43,705 bases of DNA from assembly GCA_032249395.1 (NCBI GenBank), contig JAVVFY010000006.1, positions 1 to 43,705 of the forward strand, in the 5' to 3' direction. Shown here piece by piece: positions 19,349 through 28,320 of the stretch. The translations under genes were made by a program, and so were the position numbers. Under the pieces are notes generated by a model. That model was not told where the DNA came from. It saw only the letters and a program-made list of their open reading frames with translations, and made no database searches. The DNA is from Candidatus Aenigmatarchaeota archaeon (GTDB lineage Archaea > Aenigmatarchaeota > Aenigmatarchaeia > CG10238-14 > SpSt-28). Each line of letters starts with the position of its first letter. The first letter of the stretch is position 1.

Positions 19349-19639
19349 ATGGATTTGCTATTGTTTTGTAAAAAAGAAAATAACAAAAAACTAGAAGAGA
19401 GGCTTAAGAAGGATGATTTAGTTTCTGGTAGTTCTATTAAGATACGAGATGCAATTATAACTAATAAAGATGGTTTTTATTTTTATTTAGAGGGGACAGA
19501 AGATAGAATTGAAAAGGCGCGACATTTGGCGAAAGATTTGGCTATTGAAATTGAAGGAGAAGAAAAAGAAAGAGTCAAGAAAATTTTAAAAGAAGAAGAA
19601 GAAAGGGCGATAGAGGGTTTTGGAGCTATTCTTGGTTAG
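19349..19639 (+). CDS. Hypothetical protein
   Basis: Coding-like ORF ending EERAIEGFGAILG. Confidence 0.7.
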   Translation: MDLLLFCKKENNKKLEERLKKDDLVSGSSIKIRDAIITNKDGFYFYLEGTEDRIEKARHLAKDLAIEIEGEEKERVKKILKEEEERAIEGFGAILG

Positions 19640-19893
19640 TTTTCTCCGTCTAATGAAAATTTTTTCTCTATATCTAGTTCTCCTATTTTTTCTATTCCAG
19701 TTTTTAGTCGATTTTCAGTATGTACTGTTGTTTTTGCAGATCCGTAGTGTGGATATTTGTATGAGAGGGGATAAGAGGATGGCAAGTCACTATAATTACG
19801 ACTTGCTTCCATAGTTTCATGATATACTGAACATCTTAGAGAATATGTATAACTATTCTGAGGAGTCAAACCAGACTCTGTATCTTCCCCCAT
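19636..19893 (-). CDS. Hypothetical protein
   Basis: 85 aa ORF preceded by GGTGA SD. Confidence 0.5.
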   Translation of the reverse strand: MGEDTESGLTPQNSYTYSLRCSVYHETMEASRNYSDLPSSYPLSYKYPHYGSAKTTVHTENRLKTGIEKIGELDIEKKFSLDGEN

Positions 19894-19982
19894 TCTAGTT
19901 TCACCAATAATCTATATTAGTGTGTCGTTTTAAAAGCTTTTCTGTATAACTTATAAATTGCAATAGATAAAATTAATAAAAT

Positions 19983-20055
19983 GCGCCAGTAGTCTAGCCT
20001 GGTAGGACATGAGCTTGCCAAGCTCAGGGCCCGGGTTCAAATCCCGGCTGGCGCA
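19983..20055 (+). tRNA. tRNA-Gly(GCC)
   Basis: GCGCCAG/CTGGCGC; TGAGC-TTGCCAA-GCTCA; TATA-like TTATAAAT about 30 nt upstream. Confidence 0.95.
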
Positions 20056-20085
20056 AGGTTTTAAATTGAAAATTCAACTATTTTT

Positions 20086-20616
20086 ATGATTTTTGGTAAG
20101 AAGGAAAAAGAATTATCGATAGAGGAAAAGTTAAAAGAGATAGAGGAGAGGGTTAAAGGTCTAGGTAAATCCCCACAACAAAATTATCAACCAACAGAGA
20201 TAACTCAACAATCAATACAAAAAACGCAAAGTGTTGAAGAAAGAGAGGAAAAAACAGAAAAAGTTGAGGAGGAGTCGCAAGTTCCTCTCTTTGTTAAATT
20301 AGATAAATATAAGACGATCGTTTCATCTTTAATGCAACTAAAGACACTTTTAATATCTTTGAAAAATTCTTTGATGGTTTTAGAGCAAGTGGAAAAAACT
20401 CGAATAGAAACTTTTAACGCTATAATAAAGAACTTAGATAAGATGAATGAAAAAATTTCAACTTTAGAGAAAGAAGTGGTAAAACCAATAGGATTTTCTA
20501 TAGGAGCGCCAATACCAACCTATGGTTCGTATGAAGAAATTCAAAGTGTGCAAGCATCTATAGCAAATTTAAAAGCTCAAATAGAACAACTAAAAGCGCA
20601 ACTAGATTCGCTATAG
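20086..20616 (+). CDS. Coiled-coil hypothetical protein
   Basis: Heptad-rich segments and a PLFVKLDKY core. Confidence 0.7.
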   Translation: MIFGKKEKELSIEEKLKEIEERVKGLGKSPQQNYQPTEITQQSIQKTQSVEEREEKTEKVEEESQVPLFVKLDKYKTIVSSLMQLKTLLISLKNSLMVLEQVEKTRIETFNAIIKNLDKMNEKISTLEKEVVKPIGFSIGAPIPTYGSYEEIQSVQASIANLKAQIEQLKAQLDSL

Positions 20617-20648
20617 TAGAAATTTAAGATATAGATAAAAATTTCTTG

Positions 20649-21116
20649 ATGCTAAGTGAGAAAGATTTAGAGAAATTCTTGAAAGAAAGAGGAGTTGATT
20701 TTGAGCTGATTGAATTTAAAGAAACAGTAATGAATAGTGAATCTGCAGCGAAAAAAACCAATGGAATTGTTGTTAAAAGTATTTTGTTGATTTGTGACGA
20801 CGAACCTATCCTTTGTATTTTGCTTGGTAAAGACAAGATTGATTTTGAAAAAATAAAAAAAGAATTAAATTGCAGAGAGGTTAGACTTGCAAAAGCAAAA
20901 GAAGTTAAAGAAATTAGTGGTTATGATATTGGGGCTGTCCCACCATTTGTACATAAACAAAAGATAAGAACAATAATAGATAGTAAAGTCGATGGTTTGC
21001 GTGAAGATGAAGAAATATATTGTGGTGGTGGTTCCCATTATCATTTGCTAAAAATAAGAAAATCTGATCTAATGAGGGTAATAGAAAATGCAGAAATAAA
21101 AGATATAACTCAATAA
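20649..21116 (+). CDS. YbaK/EbsC aminoacyl-tRNA deacylase
   Basis: IVVKSILL, SGYDIGAVPPF, YCGGG motifs. Confidence 0.9.
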   Translation: MLSEKDLEKFLKERGVDFELIEFKETVMNSESAAKKTNGIVVKSILLICDDEPILCILLGKDKIDFEKIKKELNCREVRLAKAKEVKEISGYDIGAVPPFVHKQKIRTIIDSKVDGLREDEEIYCGGGSHYHLLKIRKSDLMRVIENAEIKDITQ

Positions 21117-21144
21117 ATTTTTGTAATGATAATGTCTTTAATGC

Positions 21145-21268
21145 GCGGGGGTCGCCTAGCCTGGTCGATGGCGGCAGGCTCAAGTAAGGTTTTCTTGAGC
21201 TTTGATTAGATGATGAGAAGAAACCTGCTGGGTTAGTCCCTTCGTGGGTTCAAATCCCACCCCCCGCA
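21145..21268 (+). tRNA. tRNA-Leu(CAA) with 38-nt intron at 37/38 (21185-21222)
   Basis: GCGGGGG/CCCCCGC-A, GCAGG/CCTGC stem, long variable arm; 86 nt after splicing. Confidence 0.9.
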
Positions 21269-21304
21269 GATTTTATTTAACTCAACAAAAACAATAATCA
21301 AAAA

Positions 21305-21928
21305 ATGGAAATTGAAAAAGTTATAGAAGACCTTAAGCAGAAAATAGGAGAAAATGTAAAAAACTGTTTAAATGAGTTCGAAAAAAACAGAAATTTGAGT
21401 AAAGAAGAAAAGTTTATCGAACTTTGTTTTTGTATATTGGTTGCAAACTCTTCAATGAAAAAAACTTTCAAGATTTGGAAAGAGATAGGAGATGAATTTT
21501 TAATACTTTCAAAAGAACAATTGTCTAAAAGACTAAAAGAGCTTGGATATCGTTTTTATAAAAAAAGGGCAGAATATATAGTAGAAGCGAGAAGTAAAAT
21601 TGAGTTGTTAGAAGATATTTTGAAATTCGATAATGAAATGGAGATAAGAGAAAAGCTTGTGGATAATTTTAGAGGAATTGGTTGGAAAGAGGCTTCTCAT
21701 TTTCTAAGAAACCTTGGATATAAAAATTTTGCAATAATAGATAGGCATGTTTTAAACACTTTAAAGGAATTTGGAATTATAGAAAAGATTCCAAATTCCT
21801 TGAATAAAAAAGTATATCTTTATATCGAAAACATCCTTAGAGAATTAGCAAACAAATTAAATATAAGCTTAGCCGAACTAGACTTTTATCTATTTTACAT
21901 TAGTTCTGGAGAGACTCCTATTAAGTGA
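21305..21928 (+). CDS. ogg: 8-oxoguanine DNA glycosylase/AP lyase (Ogg2 type)
   Basis: ELCFCIL.AN, GIGWKEASHFLRN, AIIDRHV, C-terminal K. Confidence 0.92.
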   Translation: MEIEKVIEDLKQKIGENVKNCLNEFEKNRNLSKEEKFIELCFCILVANSSMKKTFKIWKEIGDEFLILSKEQLSKRLKELGYRFYKKRAEYIVEARSKIELLEDILKFDNEMEIREKLVDNFRGIGWKEASHFLRNLGYKNFAIIDRHVLNTLKEFGIIEKIPNSLNKKVYLYIENILRELANKLNISLAELDFYLFYISSGETPIK

Positions 21929-21929
21929 C

Positions 21930-21998
21930 CTATTTTTTCCTCTTTCTTTTCTTTTCCTCTTCTTTCTTCCCAAAAAGTCTTTTTAACCAACCAAACAT
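21930..21998 (-). CDS. Candidate 22-aa microprotein MFGWLKRLFGKKEEEKKRKRKK
   Basis: ATG to TAG fills the ogg-PPIase gap; amphipathic helix plus charged tail. Confidence 0.4.
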   Translation of the reverse strand: MFGWLKRLFGKKEEEKKRKRKK

Positions 21999-22047
21999 AA
22001 ATTATTATTTGTAATTAAGCTTTTTAAATCTTTGACAAAATATTTAG

Positions 22048-22728
22048 ATGCAGAAAGGAGATTTTGTTTACATAAGTTATGTTGGAAGAATTAAAGAGAG
22101 TGGGGAAATTTTCGACGTTACTAGTGAAGAAATTGCAAAAAAGGAAGGAGTATATAATCCCGAATTTAGGTATGGGGATGTGCCAGTAATAGTTGGTGCA
22201 GGATTTTTAATAAGAGGTTTAGATGAAGAGCTGGAAAAGATGAGTGTTGGAGAAAAGAGAGTTGTTGAAATTGAACCTAAGAGGGCATTTGGTGAAAGAA
22301 GAGAAGATTTAGTGAAGCTAATACCTGAAGCAGATTTCAAGAAGCAGAACATAAATGTCAAGGTGGGGGATTTTGTTACTGTTAACGATATTGTGGGAAG
22401 AGTTATTAGTGTAAATGCAGGAAGAGTTATGGTTGATTTTAATCATCCTTTAGCTGGCAAGACTTTGGTTTATGAGGTTGAAGTTAAAAAGCAAATAATT
22501 GATGTAAAAGAAAAAGTTTATGCAATTTTGAAATATTTTTCTAATTTGGATGAAGATTCAGCTAAAGTTGTTATTGAGAATGAAGAAGCACAGATAGAAA
22601 TCAAAGATATTAAAATTACGAGCAAGGTTAAAGAAAATGTTGTTAAAACTATATTCCAATGGATTCCAGAAATAAAAAGAGTTAAGTTTTATGAGGTTTA
22701 CGAAAAATTAGAAAAACCTAAAAGCTAA
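22048..22728 (+). CDS. FKBP-type peptidyl-prolyl isomerase (long archaeal SlyD type)
   Basis: GEIFD.T, AFGER, VDFNHPLAGKTL motifs. Confidence 0.92.
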   Translation: MQKGDFVYISYVGRIKESGEIFDVTSEEIAKKEGVYNPEFRYGDVPVIVGAGFLIRGLDEELEKMSVGEKRVVEIEPKRAFGERREDLVKLIPEADFKKQNINVKVGDFVTVNDIVGRVISVNAGRVMVDFNHPLAGKTLVYEVEVKKQIIDVKEKVYAILKYFSNLDEDSAKVVIENEEAQIEIKDIKITSKVKENVVKTIFQWIPEIKRVKFYEVYEKLEKPKS

Positions 22729-22736
22729 TTATTCTT

Positions 22737-23807
22737 ATGGCAGTTAGACAAATAGTTTCCAAAGTTAACTCGAAGGAAGATGAAGAATTAAAAAAGTTTG
22801 TTGAAAAAGCGAGAATAAAAATAAAAGTTGTTGGTTGTGGAGGCGCGGGCAACAACACTATAAGCAGGTTAATGCAAATTGGAATTAAGAATGTCGAAAC
22901 TATAGCTATTAATACAGATGCCTTGGATTTGCTCTATACTGATGCTAACCAAAAAATACTGATTGGAAAAGAAACAACTAAAGGTTTAGGAGCCGGAGCT
23001 GATATTAACATTGGAAGGAAGGCTGCTGAAGAGCAAATTGATGAAATAAAAAATGCGATAAAGGGCGCAGATTTACTTTTCTTAACTGCAGGACTTGGAG
23101 GTGGTTCTGGTTCTGGATCTATTCCGCTAGTTGCTAGACTTGCAAAGGAAATGAACATTTTAAATATAGCTATAGTTACTTTGCCATTTTTAATGGAAGG
23201 TAAGCATAGAGCAGAAAATGCGAGAATTGCTCTAGAAGAATTAGAACAATATTCAGATACTTTAATCGTAATACAGAATGAAAGATTGCTCGAAATAGTA
23301 CCAAATTTATCTCTAGCTGAAGCTTTTAGCTTTGCTGACGAGATTTTAGCAAACGCAGTCAAAGGAATAGTTGACGTTGTTTTGAACCCAGGATTAGTTA
23401 ACGTCGATTTTGCAGATTTAAAAGCAATAATTAAAGAGGGAAAGTTTGGAGTGATTGGATTAGGAGAAAGTAAAAGCGAGAAGAGAGCGATTGAAGCTGC
23501 AGAGAAAGCAATTTCTCATCCTTTGCTTAACGTAGAGGTAAAAAATGGAAAAGCAGCTTTAATAGATATAATTAGCGATCCTTCTATTACTGTTAGAGAA
23601 AGTCAAAAAGTTATAGAAACCGTTGCTTCTCGTCTAAGCGAAGATGCAAAAATAATTTGGGGTGTGCAACTAGATAAAAATCTTGATGGTATATTGAAGA
23701 CCTTAGTTGTTATCACAGGATTAGAAAAACCGGAATATTTCAAAGTTAAAAGTTTTAAAAAGAGAAAAGAGATTGAAAAATATCTGGGTGTCGAGTTTGC
23801 TGAGTAA
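22737..23807 (+). CDS. ftsZ: Cell division protein FtsZ (FtsZ1-type context)
   Basis: GCGGAGNN, AINTD, GLGGGSGSG, NVDFAD; followed by secE-spt5. Confidence 0.95.
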   Translation: MAVRQIVSKVNSKEDEELKKFVEKARIKIKVVGCGGAGNNTISRLMQIGIKNVETIAINTDALDLLYTDANQKILIGKETTKGLGAGADINIGRKAAEEQIDEIKNAIKGADLLFLTAGLGGGSGSGSIPLVARLAKEMNILNIAIVTLPFLMEGKHRAENARIALEELEQYSDTLIVIQNERLLEIVPNLSLAEAFSFADEILANAVKGIVDVVLNPGLVNVDFADLKAIIKEGKFGVIGLGESKSEKRAIEAAEKAISHPLLNVEVKNGKAALIDIISDPSITVRESQKVIETVASRLSEDAKIIWGVQLDKNLDGILKTLVVITGLEKPEYFKVKSFKKRKEIEKYLGVEFAE

Positions 23808-23982
23808 TATTTTAAACAAAATAAAGGAGAATTTGGCTAGCTATAGAAGAGTTTTAGTAATAGCTAGAAAGCCTGATAAAGAAGATTTCATAAAAACTGT
23901 AAAAATTTGCATTGTTGGAATGAGTTTAATAGGTTTTGTTGGATTTATAATATATTCGTTTTCTATACTATTTCTATCTTAA
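23797..23982 (+). CDS. secE: Protein translocase SecE / Sec61-gamma
   Basis: YRRVLVIARKP.KE.F followed by a TM helix; start approximate. Confidence 0.9.
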   Translation: MLSNILNKIKENLASYRRVLVIARKPDKEDFIKTVKICIVGMSLIGFVGFIIYSFSILFLS

Positions 23983-24122
23983 GAATTACCAAAGTTTTTT
24001 TATTTTTTAATATAACTTTGTGTTCTTTGTCCTCTATTGAATAGTTGTTAAATTTTTAAGTTAAATGCATTTTTAGCTGCTATCTGAAATAAATTTAAAT
24101 TATCAAAGTTCAAACAATTGAA

Positions 24123-24560
24123 ATGATATTTGCGATTAGAACTATTGTTGGTAGCGAAAACGTTGTTTTGGATAGCCTTTATAATAGAGCGATAAAAAAC
24201 AATATACCAATTAAAGCTTTGTTACATCCAGAAGAAATAAAAGGTTATGTTTTTGTTGAAGGCGAATTAGAAGACATAAAAGAATTGATAAAGGGCGTGG
24301 TTAATGTTAGAGGTTTAATTACCTCTCCAGTTAACATTTCAGAGCTAGAAAAATTCATAAAACCTAAAGAAAGCAAGATAGAAATCAATATTGGAGATAT
24401 AACGGAAGTTATCAGTGGTCCTTTCAAAGACACAAGAGGAAAAGTTACTAGGATTGATATTATTAAAAGGGAGGTAACTATAGAGCCTTTAGATGTTTCT
24501 GTCCCCATACCTATAACTATTCCGATAGAATTTGTAAAAATTGTTGAGAAGAAGAAGTGA
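24123..24560 (+). CDS. spt5: Transcription elongation factor Spt5/NusG
   Basis: KGYVFVE NGN domain and KOW motif EVISGPFK. Confidence 0.93.
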   Translation: MIFAIRTIVGSENVVLDSLYNRAIKNNIPIKALLHPEEIKGYVFVEGELEDIKELIKGVVNVRGLITSPVNISELEKFIKPKESKIEINIGDITEVISGPFKDTRGKVTRIDIIKREVTIEPLDVSVPIPITIPIEFVKIVEKKK

Positions 24561-24566
24561 GAATTT

Positions 24567-25037
24567 ATGGAGAAGATAAACTTGATTGTAGATGCAGGAA
24601 AAGCTAATCTTGGACAACTTTCAAGTAAAATATCTTCTTTAGGTTTTAATGTCAATGAAATTCAAAAGGAGATTAATGAAAAAACAAAAGAGTTTTCCGA
24701 GTTAAAAGTTAATGTTATTTTGATTTTGGATAAGGACAACAAGAAATATGAAATAAAAGTTAAAGCTCCGAGCGTCGCAGATTTGGTTAAAAAAGAGCTT
24801 GGAGTAGAATTGCTTAAGCTTACAGAAGAAGATAAACAAAAAGGTAAGACTTATGTTGGAAATTTAACGATGGAACAAGTTGAAAAGATAGCAAAGATAA
24901 AGGCCGAAGAACTAGGAGAAAAAGATTTGAAGAAAGTTTTGAAAATGGTTATTGGTTCTATAAATACATTGCAAGGAGTTTTGATTGAAGGGAAGAAACC
25001 AAAAGAGATCTTAAGAGATCTTAAAATGAAAAATTAA
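24567..25037 (+). CDS. rpl11: Ribosomal protein uL11 (divergent)
   Basis: GKA, INEKTKEF, VGNLTMEQV..IAK.K; position after spt5. Confidence 0.85.
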   Translation: MEKINLIVDAGKANLGQLSSKISSLGFNVNEIQKEINEKTKEFSELKVNVILILDKDNKKYEIKVKAPSVADLVKKELGVELLKLTEEDKQKGKTYVGNLTMEQVEKIAKIKAEELGEKDLKKVLKMVIGSINTLQGVLIEGKKPKEILRDLKMKN

Positions 25038-25118
25038 AATTAAAAAATAAGATAATATAATAATATTTTGAGTTATTGTTAATCTTATCTTAATTATCTT
25101 CGGTTGTAAGAAAAACAT

Positions 25119-26141
25119 TTATTCTATCTTCTCTAAACTTTTGAAAAATTGCTCAATATTATTTACATAATCAAGAAATTCTGAAGTTGTCTTCGCAGTA
25201 TATGCTTTATTCAAATATTCCTCCAAAATAGTTTTTGTAGAAGAAGGTAACGCTTTCCACTGAGGAGTGTCTTTTATTTCCATTAATTTATATTTTGCAG
25301 GTTTTAAAAATTTTGGGTCAGAATTTGCTAGCTTTTTCGCCTCTGAAACGATTGGTGCAAAAAATTGAGCAAAACTTTTTTCTATATCTAGCTCTGATTT
25401 TATTGCTTCTCTAGTTTCCATTGCCATCTCTTCAGTCTTATACCAATCTTTCATTATCTTATCCAATCCTTTTGTAAAAATTACTGCCAGAAAGATTGCT
25501 CCGAAACCCCACGCTCCATAACCTGCAAAATTTAATAATAACTCTCCCATCATGGTTCGTGTAGCATACAAAGAAATTATAAAAGAAAGCAGCGCGCTTA
25601 TGTTAAACCGTACAGGGAACCAACCTTCTATTATTGATTTCATTATACCATACAATAATACCCAGATGAAAACGAAGGGAAGGATGATATAAAAGATATA
25701 GAAAACTGCCCAGCCTAAATCTCCTTCTGTTGCAGGGAAATATCCTGTAAGAACACAACTAGTATATTTTAGTGCATCATAAACGACCTGCCCTGTAGTA
25801 GATGGTTGAAAATAGTTTTGGCATGCTGTAATATCAACCTCTGTTGCTTTCACGAATTGCCTTACTATGTTTATCTCAACTAATAAGATCGTAATAAAAA
25901 GAAAAAAGAGAGCTACTTCTCTTAATATTTTCCCCCAGTTGTATGGTAAAAAACCACTAATTGCAAGCAACATGCCTGTGAAAGAAATTAATATCATTCC
26001 GTAAGGCGATGAAAGAAACCCAATCTCAAATCCTACTTGTAGTAGTATAAAGATGAGAATTAGAAATAAAAAAATTATTCCTATTCCAACAGCAACAACT
26101 TTCCATTTCACCATATTTATATTAATATTAATATTCACCAT
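25119..26141 (-). CDS. Multi-pass membrane hypothetical protein
   Basis: 340 aa, about 6 hydrophobic segments and a soluble C-terminal domain. Confidence 0.75.
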   Translation of the reverse strand: MVNINININMVKWKVVAVGIGIIFLFLILIFILLQVGFEIGFLSSPYGMILISFTGMLLAISGFLPYNWGKILREVALFFLFITILLVEINIVRQFVKATEVDITACQNYFQPSTTGQVVYDALKYTSCVLTGYFPATEGDLGWAVFYIFYIILPFVFIWVLLYGIMKSIIEGWFPVRFNISALLSFIISLYATRTMMGELLLNFAGYGAWGFGAIFLAVIFTKGLDKIMKDWYKTEEMAMETREAIKSELDIEKSFAQFFAPIVSEAKKLANSDPKFLKPAKYKLMEIKDTPQWKALPSSTKTILEEYLNKAYTAKTTSEFLDYVNNIEQFFKSLEKIE

Positions 26142-26186
26142 ATTTGTATTAATATTTCTTAATATTTAAAAATTTTATTTAAGCTT

Positions 26187-26267
26187 ATTGGCGACGTTAA
26201 GAAAATTGTTGAAAGTTTGAATAAAAGCATTAGAATAAAAGATATCCAGTTATTCAATGCCCAGTAG
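26187..26267 (+). pseudogene. Decayed internal fragment of rpl1
   Basis: Aligns to 27018-27105 (IGDVKKIVESLNKSIRIKD/PVIQCPV vs VGDVKKMVESLKKSVRLRIKDAPVIQCPV) with indels. Confidence 0.8.
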
Positions 26268-26308
26268 AGAGCCGGAAATAAATAATTTAGAATAAACTTA
26301 GCCTGGCA

Positions 26309-26512
26309 ATGTACAAGGAAGACGCAGCAATTTTATTTGGTGTCATATTAGCCGGAAGAAATGAAATCTGTGGAGCGAAAATTAGTATTTCACCTGTTCC
26401 TCCAGAAAAGAAGGAAGAATGCACTCTTAAGGGAACAGAAAGAACAATTTCAAGTTACCTTAAGTCAGAAAAGGTAGAAGAAGTCGAAGAAGAAAAAAAT
26501 AAAACACCTTAG
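26309..26512 (+). CDS. Hypothetical protein
   Basis: 67 aa ORF followed by a T-tract. Confidence 0.4.
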   Translation: MYKEDAAILFGVILAGRNEICGAKISISPVPPEKKEECTLKGTERTISSYLKSEKVEEVEEEKNKTP

Positions 26513-26607
26513 AAGCCAACTTCTTTTTTTAATTTTTGTATACTAAAAAATAGCTAAAGAAATAGGAATATTATATTTAAAGCTTTATTACAAGAATTGA
26601 AATATAA

Positions 26608-26630
26608 CTCTTACTGCTTCGGCAGGAGGT
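26608..26630 (+). promoter_or_regulatory. UUCG hairpin overlapping the rpl1 SD (GGAGGT)
   Basis: CTC-TTA-CTGC-TTCG-GCAG-GAG, GC-rich in an AT-rich context. Confidence 0.5.
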
Positions 26631-26636
26631 CTTTAA

Positions 26637-27260
26637 ATGACCGAAATATTGGAGGCAATAAAGAAAGCTAGAGAAGTTAGCAAAAAGAGAAATTTTGACC
26701 AGACTTTTGATTTAATCGTTAATTTAAGAGCAATAGATACAAGAAAACCAGAAAATAGGATTAATGAGATTGTTGAATTGCCTTATGGTACTGGAAAAGA
26801 AATAAAAGTTGTTGTTTTTTCTGATGAGATAAAAGAACTAGAAGGAGCTGAAATTATCAACTCTAAAGAAATTGAGGAAATAGCGAAAAACAAAAGGTTA
26901 GCTAAAAAGTTAGCAAAAAATACGGATTTCTTTGTTGCAGATCCCAAACTGATGCCAATCGTTGCTAAAAATCTAGGAAAATTTTTAGCCCCAAGAGGGA
27001 AAACTCCAAAACCAATAGTTGGCGATGTTAAAAAAATGGTTGAAAGTTTAAAGAAGAGCGTTAGATTAAGGATTAAAGATGCTCCAGTAATTCAGTGTCC
27101 AGTAGGTACTGAAAGCATGAAAGATGAGGAAGTTGAAGCAAATATAATTAAAATTTTAAAATTCTTAGAAGAAAGGTTGCCAAAAGGCAAAGCAAATATA
27201 AAGAATATTGTAATCAAATTGACAATGGGCAAGCCAGTTAAAGTGGAGGTTAAGAAATGA
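26637..27260 (+). CDS. rpl1: Ribosomal protein uL1
   Basis: KKRNFDQTFDLIVNL, LG..LAPRGK.P, KLTMG motifs. Confidence 0.95.
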   Translation: MTEILEAIKKAREVSKKRNFDQTFDLIVNLRAIDTRKPENRINEIVELPYGTGKEIKVVVFSDEIKELEGAEIINSKEIEEIAKNKRLAKKLAKNTDFFVADPKLMPIVAKNLGKFLAPRGKTPKPIVGDVKKMVESLKKSVRLRIKDAPVIQCPVGTESMKDEEVEANIIKILKFLEERLPKGKANIKNIVIKLTMGKPVKVEVKK

Positions 27261-28015
27261 AGAAAGAAGAGAAAATTGCATTAGCAGAGGAAATATCAAA
27301 AGAAATGAAGAGTTATAAAACTGTAGGAATTATTGATTTGCATAAAATTCCTACTAAAGAATTTAAAGAAATGAGAAAAGCTTTAAGCGAGTTTGCTAAG
27401 TTGAAAGTTATAAAAAAGAGTACATTGAAATTTGCTTGTGAAAAGGCTGGGGAAGAATTTAAAAAACTATTTGAGTTAAATCCGAACCAATTTGCTATTT
27501 TATTTTCAAACGAAGATCCTTTTTCCCTTTTCAAAAAGATTTCTTCAATAACTTCTGAAACTTATGCAAAAGAGAATGATATAGCAGAAGAAGATATATG
27601 GGTTTACGCAGGTCCAACACAGATTAAGGCTGGTCCTTCTATAAGCGAATTTGCTAAATTGAAAATCCCAGCAGGAGTAGAAGGTGGATTTATTGCAGTG
27701 AAGAAAGATACACAGGTTGCAAAAAAAGGAGATAAAATAAGTAAAGAGTTAGCCGCTCTTTTAAGAAAATTAAAAATCAAGGCAAAAAAAGTTAGATTAA
27801 ATGTTTTGGGCTTACTTCATGAAGGAACTCTTTATACAAAAGATACACTAAACTTAATTTTCGATTATCCAAAGTTATTGACACACGCCTATCAAAACGC
27901 TTTGAATTTGAGTGTAAATATAGGATATCCAACAAAAGAAAACATAAATATCTTAATTTCAAAATGTTATTTGAACGCTAAAGCTATAGAGAATTTGGTG
28001 GTAAAAAATGAATGA
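27257..28015 (+). CDS. rplP0: Ribosomal protein uL10/P0 (C-terminally short)
   Basis: AGPT…AGP, K.GD.IS.ELA.LL.KL.I, A..LS.N..YPT.E motifs; between rpl1 and rpl12. Confidence 0.9.
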   Translation: MKKEEKIALAEEISKEMKSYKTVGIIDLHKIPTKEFKEMRKALSEFAKLKVIKKSTLKFACEKAGEEFKKLFELNPNQFAILFSNEDPFSLFKKISSITSETYAKENDIAEEDIWVYAGPTQIKAGPSISEFAKLKIPAGVEGGFIAVKKDTQVAKKGDKISKELAALLRKLKIKAKKVRLNVLGLLHEGTLYTKDTLNLIFDYPKLLTHAYQNALNLSVNIGYPTKENINILISKCYLNAKAIENLVVKNE

Positions 28016-28304
28016 AGTATATGCTGCATTGATATTGCATGAAGCAAAGAAGGAGATAAACGAAGAAAACATAAAGAAAATTCTAGAGGCTGCTGGCGCT
28101 CAAGTAGAGGAAGCAAAGATTAAAGCATTGGTGGCAGCATTGCAAGGAATTAACATAGATGAAGCATTAAGACAAGCTGTAGCATTTCAAGCTCAACCAA
28201 CTATGGTTGCACAAGAAAAGAAAGAGGAAAAGAAAGAGGAGGAAGATGAAGCTAAGAAAAGAGCAGAAGAAGCTGTAGCTGGTTTAAGCGCTTTGTTCGG
28301 CTAG
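28008..28304 (+). CDS. rpl12: Ribosomal stalk protein P1/L12
   Basis: YAALILH, KALVAAL, acidic tail ending GLSALFG. Confidence 0.95.
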   Translation: MNEVYAALILHEAKKEINEENIKKILEAAGAQVEEAKIKALVAALQGINIDEALRQAVAFQAQPTMVAQEKKEEKKEEEDEAKKRAEEAVAGLSALFG

Positions 28305-28320
28305 TCTTTAGGTAATAGCA

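Noticed and set aside
20914..21183. ORFs overlapping tRNA genes (also 36600-36812)
   Set aside because: They run through tRNA-Leu sequence and have no protein motifs
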